This document shows, one piece after another, positions 38,477 through 46,871 of a stretch of DNA of 46,871 nt. The stretch lies in NCBI RefSeq assembly GCF_045577275.1, contig NZ_JAZNIB010000252.1:1-46871 (forward strand). Reading direction: 5' to 3'. The DNA is from Methanobrevibacter sp. Lineage in GTDB: Archaea; Methanobacteriota; Methanobacteria; Methanobacteriales; Methanobacteriaceae. The position numbers were made by a program, and so were the translations under genes. Below the pieces are notes generated by a model. That model did not search any database. It saw nothing but the letters and a program-made list of their open reading frames with translations, and had not been told where the DNA came from. The first letter of the stretch is position 1. The number at the start of each line of letters is the position of its first letter.

Positions 38477-38698
38477 TTAAAAGTACACATTCAGGATTTT
38501 TCTTCTGAAATCCCTAGCAAAAACCTTGCAATGCCAATCCTTGCCCGTGAAGTCATAAATCTTACCACTTTTCATGGTAACTCTTACCAAAGGGTTCCCC
38601 TCTTCATTCCTGTAGACCCCACAGCTAAGGACATTAGATTTTATCCTGGAAAACCTATCCAATAGATAGTCTCGTCCTTTCTTGGTCTTTATTGTCAT
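38477..38698 (-). CDS. hypothetical protein
   Basis: In-operon ORF overlapping the upstream stop. Confidence 0.5.
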   Translation of the reverse strand: MTIKTKKGRDYLLDRFSRIKSNVLSCGVYRNEEGNPLVRVTMKSGKIYDFTGKDWHCKVFARDFRRKILNVYF

Positions 38699-38855
38699 TC
38701 GATATCAAACTCCATTACCCTTTGTTTTATCTTATTGAAATCTTCCCTGGTTAATCCATAATTTATAGCTGGAGTGCAGAAGATTATGGGGCAACTGGAT
38801 TTAGGGTTATCATTCCTTTTCACTTGGAACTTATCCACTTCCTTATCTTTCCAAT

Positions 38856-39068
38856 TCATATTGATTCCTCTGTTAATTTTTTCAGTTCTAAAGTTTCTGC
38901 TCCATGCAATAGTTGGTAGCATGCTTGCATCATGATCCTGTTCATTTGCTTGTTTCCTGTGCATATTTCAATGACGATGTCTTGGGTTATTTCATCGTAT
39001 AGGTATATGTTGTTGCTGTTGCGTGGTTTCATGATTCGATATCTTTCAATCATTTTTATTAGCCTCAT
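38856..39068 (-). CDS. hypothetical protein
   Basis: In-operon ORF. Confidence 0.45.
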   Translation of the reverse strand: MRLIKMIERYRIMKPRNSNNIYLYDEITQDIVIEICTGNKQMNRIMMQACYQLLHGAETLELKKLTEESI

Positions 39069-39242
39069 TTTTTTATATTTTGAAATACTTTGTATAGTGA
39101 ATTAATGTTTTTATTCCAAAAAGGACATTTATAATAATGCTTTTTAGGGAAAAATCGTTTATCGCTCATTTAACCACCTATAAATTAATATTGAAATAAA
39201 ACCACAAAGAACATACCATAAAAAATCATTAATCATATTCCA

Positions 39243-39461
39243 TCACCTTGTATCAATCACCCAATCAGGACAATCAGTTCTCTCTTTTTCTAATCTTCTT
39301 GTTTTACCGTCTTTTACACAAATTATAAACAATTCGCCCTTGCTTTTAAATCCTTCATAATTCATGCAATCTCTGCAACGGCCTTCCTTCATTATCCCTT
39401 TATTGACTAGTTCCTGCTCAAACAAGCCACATACATATAATGTACCACTCATCATTATCAC
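39243..39461 (-). CDS. Cys-rich hypothetical protein
   Basis: CRDC..C..CPDW; GGTGAT RBS. Confidence 0.55.
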   Translation of the reverse strand: MIMMSGTLYVCGLFEQELVNKGIMKEGRCRDCMNYEGFKSKGELFIICVKDGKTRRLEKERTDCPDWVIDTR

Positions 39462-39796
39462 CTGTAATAAAAGAATAAAACAATGAAAGAAACAAACAAG
39501 ACACTTAATAAAACCACTAAAGCGATTGTATCATAAATCATTCATCATCTCCCCCATTGAAAATGTAATTCTCAAAGCAGATTACATCATCAAACAATTC
39601 ACAATAATCATCAGTCCTATGCTTGCAATCATCACACATCAAAAACCACCTACACTAATAATCATATTATCATACAAAACATCCCTTAATTCAGAATAGG
39701 TTTCACATGACCTGCATTTTTCTAAAAGTTCCTCTTCGGAACATTTCCATTTTAAGATAAAATTAATTTTTACATCACCAATCCCCTTGATAGCCA

Positions 39797-40273
39797 TCAT
39801 TCATCACCTCTTTCCATATTGCATAACATTACTAGCTTGCAGGCAGTATTATAAACTGCCATCTGCAAAACATCTTCAGGAACCTTCAAATAATTCAAGT
39901 TCAATTTCCCACTCCTTTGGAGTCCTGCACTCACACAGTCACAGGTGAACTCCAAAACATCCAACAGATCAACATCATCATGAACCCCTGTAGAAATGTT
40001 CAAATGATGGCGTTCAATTTTCATATGCTCCTCAAAGGTCAAATTAGGGAAATCGAATTTGGTCCAATCATGGTTAAGGCCACGATACAACAAGGCCTTA
40101 GAAATGACCTCCATTAACTTATTCACCATATCCACATGAACCCGTGTATCCTTTAGGGCCTCTTCCCTATCAACACCCTCCTTGCAATAAATGTAAGTGG
40201 CCATTGGAGCATGCTCAACTTCGAGTTCATGAATATGCTCCTTGTACCAACTGTTATAATCAAAATCCAACAT
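39797..40273 (-). CDS. DUF5662-like (HD-like) protein, second paralogue
   Basis: HDWTK, H..ERHHLN, VDLLDVLEFTCDC. Confidence 0.65.
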   Translation of the reverse strand: MLDFDYNSWYKEHIHELEVEHAPMATYIYCKEGVDREEALKDTRVHVDMVNKLMEVISKALLYRGLNHDWTKFDFPNLTFEEHMKIERHHLNISTGVHDDVDLLDVLEFTCDCVSAGLQRSGKLNLNYLKVPEDVLQMAVYNTACKLVMLCNMERGDE

Positions 40274-40277
40274 ATGC

Positions 40278-40556
40278 TTATTTGCCTCCTTTTTGCTCTA
40301 TCCAGTATAATTTATGTCCACTGTTAGGGTGCTTGCGTGCAGACTGGACCATATCCAGGAAATTACGGTTGCCACTGGCCATAGTGGATTCCTTGATTAA
40401 TGCTCCAACTTCACCAGGAGTCACTCCCCTATATATCCCAAAATCGTTACGTGTTATCCAATCGCTAATCTCTTTACTGGAATGTTTTCCAGGATGAGTC
40501 AAGAGATACGCTTTGATTAGGCATTTGGCTTTAGGAATATTCTTCTTGCCAATCAT
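40278..40556 (-). CDS. winged-helix-like DNA-binding protein
   Basis: IKAYL..HPG..SSKEISDWI pattern; GGAGGAG RBS. Confidence 0.5.
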   Translation of the reverse strand: MIGKKNIPKAKCLIKAYLLTHPGKHSSKEISDWITRNDFGIYRGVTPGEVGALIKESTMASGNRNFLDMVQSARKHPNSGHKLYWIEQKGGK

Positions 40557-40666
40557 CTTAAATCATCTCCTCCCTATAAGAAAATTGCATTTGCTTTTCA
40601 GATCATTTATCAGCATATCACGTACCCCTTCTTCAAGGTAGAAGAACCTTAAGTCAATCTGAAAAC

Positions 40667-41077
40667 TCATAACTGATTCCACCTTAAATTCCTGTTTTTC
40701 AAGTATTGGTGAACAGGCACACATTGAGTATAACCTAATTCATCAGCAACAGAAGACATAGTTTTGCCCTTGTTTTTCTCTGCAGAAAGAAAATTGATTC
40801 CCCCTGCGTGGTCTATTCGGCCATTGTCCCATCTTGGGTGATTGGTTCCTTTCATATGCAATTTATGATGATGACTTTTAGAAAGTATCATCAAATTGTC
40901 TGGGGCATTGTTTTCCTTATTGTTGTCTCGGTGGTGTACGCAGAACCCTTCAGGTATAGGGCCGAATGCATCTTCATAGACTAAACGATGCAACAATTCA
41001 CCTTGGTGAACTCCACTGCTGATTTGCCAGTATCCGTCTTTTCTTTGATATGCATTGCCAAACTTTGTACTAATCAT
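40667..41077 (-). CDS. HNH endonuclease with C-terminal HTH-like region
   Basis: LHRLVYE..GPIPEG..VHHRDNNKENN...NL...H...H. Confidence 0.9.
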   Translation of the reverse strand: MISTKFGNAYQRKDGYWQISSGVHQGELLHRLVYEDAFGPIPEGFCVHHRDNNKENNAPDNLMILSKSHHHKLHMKGTNHPRWDNGRIDHAGGINFLSAEKNKGKTMSSVADELGYTQCVPVHQYLKNRNLRWNQL

Positions 41078-41342
41078 ATGGGACCCTCACTATTTTGCTG
41101 TTCATTTCTTCTTGGATTTCAGGATCATTTTTCACTTCTGCATATTTCTCCAACATTCCATTGGTGATTTGCTTGAAGTCTTCCTCCGGCAATTCATGCA
41201 TTACTGCAATGCTTGTGATGACAGTAGCGCAGACACTTGTCATCTCATTAGGCTTGTTCAATCCCATCTGCATCAGCATTTTGAAAAGCTTGAACTGGTT
41301 TTTCCTTTTCTTTATGTCTCCGATTTTGTTAAAAATTCCCAT
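41070..41342 (-). CDS. hypothetical protein
   Basis: AAGGAGG RBS; overlaps the HNH start. Confidence 0.55.
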   Translation of the reverse strand: MGIFNKIGDIKKRKNQFKLFKMLMQMGLNKPNEMTSVCATVITSIAVMHELPEEDFKQITNGMLEKYAEVKNDPEIQEEMNSKIVRVPYD

Positions 41343-41461
41343 ACGTTTTTTCCTCCTTTACATAACAATTGTTATATTATATATAATATAATAAAAAAAA
41401 ATATTATAATATAATATAATAAATAAAAAAAATTTCATCTGAAACTGAAAATATAAACAAA

Positions 41462-41500
41462 AATACATACTAATACATACTATACATACTAATACATACT
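41462..41500. repeat. (AATACATACT)x4 tandem repeat next to a very AT-rich tract
   Basis: aatacatact aatacatact atacatact aatacatact; A/T-only stretch at about 41373-41435. Confidence 0.8.
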
Positions 41501-41522
41501 CCACCTACCAGACCGAAATTTT

Positions 41523-41990
41523 TCAGTAACCACTAGTGTCACCATTCAACATACCTACTGTTTTCTGCTTCTGCTTCCTGGTTTCCCCATTACTAACCTC
41601 AACAATCTTAAAGCCTTCCTCTTCAGCATAAGCCAACAAACCGTCAAAATCAACATTACGATGCTCCGCTAACAAACGAATCTGATTCTTGCCAATACAA
41701 TCATTGGCATTCTGCATCCTCTCTAAAGTATCATAAAGAAGAGCATAATTGTTCTTATTGTTGATTTCATTGATTTTAATCTGCTCCAATCTAGCCTGTT
41801 TAGGCCTTAATGCCTGAAGTTTCTTTTCATGTCTTTCAATCTGCTTATTAACTTCATCAAGCTCATCAGCAACCAATAATGATTCCTGCAGATAATTATT
41901 CAAATCAGTGCTTAATGGCACTGAAGATTTAAGCTTATGGAGATCCACAAGCTCAGCATCCAATGTTACTGTACATTTTCTTTTAGCCAT
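41523..41990 (-). CDS. ribbon-helix-helix-like coiled-coil protein
   Basis: KRKCTVTLDAELV..LS..LNNYL N-terminus. Confidence 0.55.
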   Translation of the reverse strand: MAKRKCTVTLDAELVDLHKLKSSVPLSTDLNNYLQESLLVADELDEVNKQIERHEKKLQALRPKQARLEQIKINEINNKNNYALLYDTLERMQNANDCIGKNQIRLLAEHRNVDFDGLLAYAEEEGFKIVEVSNGETRKQKQKTVGMLNGDTSGY

Positions 41991-42279
41991 CCATCAGCAC
42001 CTCCGCAACAGCCAACATATGATACACAGGAACATCATCCCTCCTGATCTTAAGTATTTCCGTTATATGCTTGCAATGATTCCTTTTGTCATTGATGTTT
42101 GCGCCTCCATACTTTTCTGTCTGCTTCCTAAAACGGAAATCAGGGCAGTCGCAAAAGACAGTGCCTTCCTGTTTGTCAATGTCAACACCATAGCTAATGT
42201 TAGGATTGGAGTCAGAACGTACACGGTACAATGCAACAGTATCATCCTCTGCTACATGGATAATATGGGGAGTGTTCAT
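41983..42279 (-). CDS. SWIM zinc finger protein
   Basis: CDCPDF...CKHI. Confidence 0.8.
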   Translation of the reverse strand: MNTPHIIHVAEDDTVALYRVRSDSNPNISYGVDIDKQEGTVFCDCPDFRFRKQTEKYGGANINDKRNHCKHITEILKIRRDDVPVYHMLAVAEVLMDG

Positions 42280-43262
42280 AGGAACTCCCCTTTTTCATCG
42301 AGCTTCAAGCCCATAATGTATGTAGCGACTTTCTTGCAGGTTTCCTCATCACATAATCCTTTTTTATTGTACCCTCCAAGCACTTTCATAGCAAGTGAAG
42401 GCTTTCTCTCACAATCCTCAATGTCTAATCTTGACTTGACGATAAAGAATATTTGGGCACATGTCAATTTAGTGTCATACTTGTTGATCATGATGCTGTT
42501 CTGTAGCAATTGCTCCCTAGCGCCTTGCTTCAAGTCAAGTGGAGCGTGCAGCTTGTTGATGACTTTAAGTATGTTTCCAGGATCATTGTTTTTGCTCAAG
42601 CGGGTGGCGTATGCAATGACGTCACCGATGGTCCTGTAGACCTTATCCGGGTCCTCTTCACCATCTTCTGCTTCAGCTTTTTCTTTTTCTTTCAGTTCCT
42701 TTGCAGTGCTGAAACTGGTATCATAAGCTGATTCGACTATCTCTTCAACTTCCGCTTCAATGACATCATTATGCAGGTTATTATAGCTTGGGTCCAATTC
42801 CTCAGCACTTACCTCGCCTGCACCTATGAGTTCTGCAATGGCCCTGTTAGTTGCACGAGTCTTTGCAGTGGACATGATAGTGTGGTCAGTTGATTTATCT
42901 TTTCCAGTTTCAGACCTGGAACATATGGCATCAGATTCCACATGCCTTCCGTTGGGAAGGCTGGCACGTATGCAGTAATATGCCTCTTTAACCCTACCAG
43001 TGTTTGTTCTTTCGAGTTCACGGGCCACTATCTCTGTGTCAACATTGAATGCTCTTCCCAATTTTTGCCATGCTGATTTCTTTTTGAACTGTTTTTGGAC
43101 TTTAACATATTTTCCGTTTTCATCTTTTTGCTTGACAGTGATTTCCTGGTAATCTGTGTCATTCAGTAATCCTTTGCATAGTTCCTGGTAAGCGTCCCAT
43201 TGGGCTATTGCTGTCTTGACATCAGGAACATTGTTTTCATTGGTCATTGGTAAATTCATCAT
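42276..43262 (-). CDS. putative recombinase / single-strand annealing protein
   Basis: KKSAWQKL..FN and TAKTRATNRAI..LIG.GEVSAEE N-terminal domain, acidic linker; early-region position. Confidence 0.5.
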   Translation of the reverse strand: MMNLPMTNENNVPDVKTAIAQWDAYQELCKGLLNDTDYQEITVKQKDENGKYVKVQKQFKKKSAWQKLGRAFNVDTEIVARELERTNTGRVKEAYYCIRASLPNGRHVESDAICSRSETGKDKSTDHTIMSTAKTRATNRAIAELIGAGEVSAEELDPSYNNLHNDVIEAEVEEIVESAYDTSFSTAKELKEKEKAEAEDGEEDPDKVYRTIGDVIAYATRLSKNNDPGNILKVINKLHAPLDLKQGAREQLLQNSIMINKYDTKLTCAQIFFIVKSRLDIEDCERKPSLAMKVLGGYNKKGLCDEETCKKVATYIMGLKLDEKGEFL

Positions 43263-43694
43263 TCACATCCTCCTCTTTATGTCTGTTGCTAACCTATTGC
43301 AGCCGCTGGCTGCATCGCCCCAACGGATGACACCTGCGCTATGGTGTCTTCCATTGTATAATGGTATTCCTCTGCTGTCTTTCCACATTGGAGCGTAATG
43401 GTCTCTCACTTTTTCGGCTTCCTCTTTTACACATGATAATAGGTATGGATCATAATCCCCATTTCCCAATTCAAGTGGGAAATGGTCATATAATGTCTTG
43501 TCATGTGTGTATTGGAAGTAGTCCTCGAATAGGTGCTGGACTGCCTCGTATAGCCTTTCGTCATTGTTGGTTCTGGCTTTTTCCCTTAAAAGCAAGAGCC
43601 GTGTTTTGTTGATTTGTATGAAATCGTTGAACACTTTCATATCCTCAGGGTATTCGGGATATTTCCTTTTTAGTTCCTCAATGCTTGCAACCAT
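43263..43694 (-). CDS. hypothetical protein
   Basis: Start moved to MVASIEELK (GGGAGG RBS). Confidence 0.6.
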   Translation of the reverse strand: MVASIEELKRKYPEYPEDMKVFNDFIQINKTRLLLLREKARTNNDERLYEAVQHLFEDYFQYTHDKTLYDHFPLELGNGDYDPYLLSCVKEEAEKVRDHYAPMWKDSRGIPLYNGRHHSAGVIRWGDAASGCNRLATDIKRRM

Positions 43695-43714
43695 AAATAT
43701 TCGCCTCCCCATTT

Positions 43715-43894
43715 TTACCAGTGGAAATATCCATAGGTTGGAGGTATGAGTATGAAGCAAACAATTAGGAATAATATAATGGCTAGGATGATTAGTGTTG
43801 TGATGCTTATTCTAATCACCAAGTCATTCTGTAGGATTGATTGTCTTGGGTCTGCTCTTTCAAGTGTTCTTGAACTGTTTGGTTTTGTGAACAT
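43715..43894 (-). CDS. 59-aa membrane protein
   Basis: Manually translated MFTKPNSS...ITTLIILAIILFLIVCFILIPPTYGYFHW; GAGGAGG RBS. Confidence 0.6.
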   Translation of the reverse strand: MFTKPNSSRTLERADPRQSILQNDLVIRISITTLIILAIILFLIVCFILIPPTYGYFHW

Positions 43895-44153
43895 TTTTAG
43901 TAGTCCTCCTCAAAGTTTTTAAGGTCTTCAATTGCTTCAAGGCATTCTTTTGCGTCTTGGTCTAGCTCATCAAAGAAATCTGTGTTCATTCTATCAGCTC
44001 CCTGGTGTGGCCTGTATTTTCACTCCATGTTAGGTAGATTTGGCCTTCTGGGTGGAATTTGTCTCTTGCTTCCTTGGCTGTTTCCTCTAGTCCTCTTATG
44101 TGGGAGGTTCCCTTGTTGTGGATTATGAGGTAACTGTTTTCTTTGCGTACCAT

Positions 44154-44390
44154 TTAGATCACCTCGAGGATTTCCCATTTGTCATAGGTGTAGTTTGTGT
44201 TTCCGCTTGGGCTTGGATCCTTGTATGTTTCCATGTGTTTGCAGTTTGCTTCGCCTACGAGTTTTACCTCTGTGTTGAAGTGGGAGGTTCTGTTGTCGAA
44301 TTTGAAGCATGCGCTTGTTGTGTAGATGATCTCACCCTTTTTGAGGGGGGTGTGGTTGGTGGAGTAGATGGGGATTATTGTTTCCATCAT
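44154..44390 (-). CDS. hypothetical early protein
   Basis: ATGA overlap with the upstream 59-aa ORF; GGTGG RBS. Confidence 0.55.
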   Translation of the reverse strand: MMETIIPIYSTNHTPLKKGEIIYTTSACFKFDNRTSHFNTEVKLVGEANCKHMETYKDPSPSGNTNYTYDKWEILEVI

Positions 44391-44566
44391 TTACCACCTT
44401 CAACGACTGCTTTGTTGTTTGTATTAAAACCAGTTACATTTTTATCCACTTTTGTTGTGGATTTTCCGTTTCGTGTTCTTTGCAGTTCGTGGACGCATGC
44501 GATTGCACGTTGTGCTTCGTCATGTTCCTTGTGAGTGTAAAGAACACCATCTCTACAAAATTCCAT
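44387..44566 (-). CDS. 59-aa first early gene (antisense target)
   Basis: Manually translated MEFCRDGVLYTHKEHDEAQRAIACVHELQRTRNGKSTTKVDKNVTGFNTNNKAVVEGGK; GTGAT RBS; stop overlaps the next ATG. Confidence 0.65.
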   Translation of the reverse strand: MEFCRDGVLYTHKEHDEAQRAIACVHELQRTRNGKSTTKVDKNVTGFNTNNKAVVEGGK

Positions 44567-44612
44567 AAACTATCACTTGGACAATAAATTTGCAAATTTT
44601 TGGAACTGCCAT
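44553..44612 (-). CDS. 19-aa leader peptide candidate
   Basis: MAVPKICKFIVQVIVYGIL*; covers the RBS and start of the 59-aa gene. Confidence 0.35.
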   Translation of the reverse strand: MAVPKICKFIVQVIVYGIL

Positions 44613-44624
44613 TCACAAAAATTC

Positions 44625-44747
44625 ACTTAAAGTTATATATGTTTTTCTTATATATATACTTATGCAATTATTTATGCAACTTAATATACATAAATATATA
44701 TAATTGATATTACATATTTAATATTATAAAAAAATAAAAAGGAGCGT
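44625..44747. promoter_or_regulatory. divergent promoter region with candidate operator repeat
   Basis: TATA-like runs facing both directions; TTATGCAA direct repeat at 44660-44667 and 44672-44679. Confidence 0.55.
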
Positions 44748-44930
44748 ATGAATATGCTAATGAAAGTAAAATCGAAAGTAGGGAAAGCAAACACAATAAA
44801 TGATTCCCTAAGAGTAATTATACCTCAAAACGTTAAACAAATATTACAATTAGAAGCAGGGGACACTCTTGAATGGAAAATCAATAGTGAAAATGATAAA
44901 ATTGTAATAATTGTTGAAAAATCAGAATAA
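44748..44930 (+). CDS. AbrB/MazE/SpoVT-family DNA-binding regulator
   Basis: SLRVIIPQNVKQILQLEAGDTLEW; AAGGAG RBS. Confidence 0.85.
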   Translation: MNMLMKVKSKVGKANTINDSLRVIIPQNVKQILQLEAGDTLEWKINSENDKIVIIVEKSE

Positions 44931-44991
44931 AAATTTTAAATTTATTAAAAAATTTTTTTTAAAAATAGCTTTGTTCGTGATATTGCGAAAC

Positions 44992-45045
44992 TGTAAAGAA
45001 CACCATCTCTACAAAATTCCATTTCTACCACTTGACAATAAAATT
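44992..45045. repeat. direct copy of the 5' end of the 59-aa early gene
   Basis: tgtaaagaacaccatctctacaaaattccat is identical at 44536-44566 and 44992-45022, then diverges. Confidence 0.85.
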
Positions 45046-45071
45046 TTAGTATCTTATATTAAACTATTCCT

Positions 45072-45090
45072 GTAAGTAAAGTTTAAATAA
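45072..45090 (+). promoter_or_regulatory. archaeal BRE/TATA promoter with no downstream ORF
   Basis: Purine-rich gtaagtaaag followed by TTTAAATA at 45082-45089. Confidence 0.55.
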
Positions 45091-45112
45091 AATCATAACA
45101 ATATATAATATT

Positions 45113-45245
45113 ACGACACAGACACTAAAAATACTATCACTTGGACGTTTTAGCTATTTTTTTTATTCTGATGTCTGCATAGTTGATGAAATACTGTGTA
45201 GACAACTGCCATTGTACTACTAGTATTTCGCTTGAAACTATGCCA
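45113..45245 (+). ncRNA. putative two-loop antisense regulatory RNA
   Basis: Stems 45119-24/45172-77, 45125-30/45148-53, 45177-84/45236-43, 45188-95/45222-29; loop sequences match 44569-82 and 44604-13. Confidence 0.6.
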
Positions 45246-45334
45246 TTAACCATAAATGACTCATTTTTATTATAACCAATGCATTATAAATTTACTACTT
45301 CTCACATAACATAACCACACCAATAAATATTAAA

Positions 45335-45709
45335 CTAATTTTCTAAACTTTCTAATAAAGAATTAATATCATCACGAGCCTTTTTAGCATTTCGGATAAT
45401 ATTATTCCTAAAACCTTGATAATAATCAGCCCTATTACGATAAGTCCTCAACTTACTTAATGCCTCAGCAAGATCAACTTCTTCCTCATCCCCATAAAAA
45501 TTTAAACGCTCAATCAATGTTTCATGAGGATGTTTTTGGTACCCTAAAGAATGATACTTCTTTTCGTAATAATTCTTCACAAGATGATAACAGGAATAAT
45601 AGTAACGTCCTACAGCAGAACGCTGATAAGCCTCTTCTGAAGAATGCTCTTCCAAATGAACCCCCACATCATTAAATTCTTTCCAATCAAAAACCATAAT
45701 AATTACCAC
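45335..45709 (-). CDS. HEPN domain protein
   Basis: RSAVGRYYYSCYH, HETL and LRTYRNRADY motifs. Confidence 0.85.
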   Translation of the reverse strand: MVIIMVFDWKEFNDVGVHLEEHSSEEAYQRSAVGRYYYSCYHLVKNYYEKKYHSLGYQKHPHETLIERLNFYGDEEEVDLAEALSKLRTYRNRADYYQGFRNNIIRNAKKARDDINSLLESLEN

Positions 45710-46188
45710 AAATCTACAGATAATAAATTTTTCACTGAATCATCATAAAGAGATAACTTTCTAATCTCCCTATTGACTTTTTTTACCTCTTCCCAATCTT
45801 CATCAAAGGAGCCATCATCTCCTTTTACATACACTATTATTTTATTGAAGCTTGGGATTTCCGGATCTTTATCAAACTCTAGACCAAAACCATATCTTGG
45901 GAAATGATTTTTTAATACGGGAGCAACTTTTTCGATTAATTCGATAAGACCAATATTTTTAATAATAAAATCAATTATATCATCCTCATTGACCAAATCA
46001 AAATTACTTAAAGTATTTTGAATGAAATATACAATAGAAGGATAATTCTCAACATTGGTAACAGAGTAACTTCCATTTATACTTGAACTGTCCTGACTAA
46101 AACTAACATCAAATGATTCCTCTGTCCCCATATTATCATTAATGGATACAGTGTCTCTTATAGTGGTAGTTGTAGCTATATCATTCAT
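45703..46188 (-). CDS. acidic protein coupled to HEPN, candidate antitoxin
   Basis: Overlaps both neighbours; Ser/Asp-rich N-terminus; HFP..LEFDKDPE alpha/beta C-terminus. Confidence 0.55.
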   Translation of the reverse strand: MNDIATTTTIRDTVSINDNMGTEESFDVSFSQDSSSINGSYSVTNVENYPSIVYFIQNTLSNFDLVNEDDIIDFIIKNIGLIELIEKVAPVLKNHFPRYGFGLEFDKDPEIPSFNKIIVYVKGDDGSFDEDWEEVKKVNREIRKLSLYDDSVKNLLSVDLW

Positions 46189-46871
46189 GTGAATCCTCCT
46201 TATTCATTTCTTCTCTTAAAACATCTGTAATGGCTGCATTATATTTGAACCATATAAAACTGTTCATTTGTTTTAATTCATCAATAACTTCATCAATTTC
46301 CTTAACCTTTTTAGTGGTGCAATCCAAGTCCAGGATAAAATCCTTATCAAAATTAGGATTAGGATATGCAGCATTAAATAAACCATATTGGAAATTTAAA
46401 ATATAATCTCCTTTCTTAATGGACAATCTGTTTAAAATCTGTATGAACTCTTCATCCTCATCAAGGTCCATAATATAACTGGAGAAATATTTTGGTTCAA
46501 TGCGTTCTTTAAGTTCAGGAATAGATTTTCCATCGATTTGGTTGATGTATCTTAAACCCAAAAATGAGATATCCTTTGGATCATAACCTTTTATTGCATC
46601 GGTTAATAGGATGATATCATCTAGGAAATATCTGAAGTGTGTGTAAGCCCCTTTTTTATAATGGAGAATTAAACTTTTTGAGGTTAATTCTACAGATTTG
46701 TTATGTAACCTGTTTTTGAAAACCCAAATGTAAGTTCCATCTGGAGTTATTTTTGTAGGTTCGCCTGTCTCTACATCAATCCCTATGTTTAATTCATGAT
46801 GTCTTTTTATGGTTAGGTTTGGGAATTCTTTAGAGATTTTTTCACGGAAATCTTTTGCAGCTTCTTTATTA
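46181..46871 (-). CDS. TIGR04255-like protein (5' end outside the window)
   Basis: Frame checked manually and is open to the window edge; LGLRYINQI and FILDLDC motifs. Confidence 0.6.
   Translation of the reverse strand, partial: NKEAAKDFREKISKEFPNLTIKRHHELNIGIDVETGEPTKITPDGTYIWVFKNRLHNKSVELTSKSLILHYKKGAYTHFRYFLDDIILLTDAIKGYDPKDISFLGLRYINQIDGKSIPELKERIEPKYFSSYIMDLDEDEEFIQILNRLSIKKGDYILNFQYGLFNAAYPNPNFDKDFILDLDCTTKKVKEIDEVIDELKQMNSFIWFKYNAAITDVLREEMNKEDSHE

Noticed and set aside
44434-44616. 60-aa ORF in the track as the first early gene
   Set aside because: The alternative frame 44387-44566 has an RBS and an ATGA coupling to the next gene.
44536-45213. Mini CRISPR array
   Set aside because: Repeats are unequal, irregularly spaced and correspond to a gene start, not repeat-spacer units.
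46181-46561. 126-aa protein starting at TTG 46561
   Set aside because: The frame stays open to the window edge, so it is a 5'-truncated longer gene.

Overview
The window is most of an AT-rich tailed virus or provirus genome, almost entirely on the minus strand. Gene order from right to left: a HEPN-containing 3-gene cassette; a divergent control region with an AbrB-type regulator; an early operon of small genes (recombinase-like, SWIM, HNH, ASCH, Zn fingers, TFIIB-like Zn ribbon); terminase, portal, MuF, protease and HK97-type capsid; neck; a contractile tail (sheath, tube, tape measure, baseplate J); fibres/adhesins; lysin; holin; and a second MuF gene. Pseudomurein-binding-like repeats in the lysin, adhesin-like domains and TATA/BRE-like promoters point to a myovirus of a Methanobacteriales host (Methanobrevibacter-like; inference). 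No integrase, replicative enzyme, reverse transcriptase or CRISPR array is recognisable in the window. The most novel-looking signal is an unannotated structured plus-strand RNA (~45113-45245). Its two hairpin loops are complementary to the first start codon and to the ribosome-binding region of the early operon leader, suggesting an antisense immunity or lysis-lysogeny switch. Second is a pair of MuF head proteins with a shared N-terminus but unrelated toxin-like C-termini, each followed by a small candidate immunity gene. All family assignments come from motif recognition and synteny; no searches were run.
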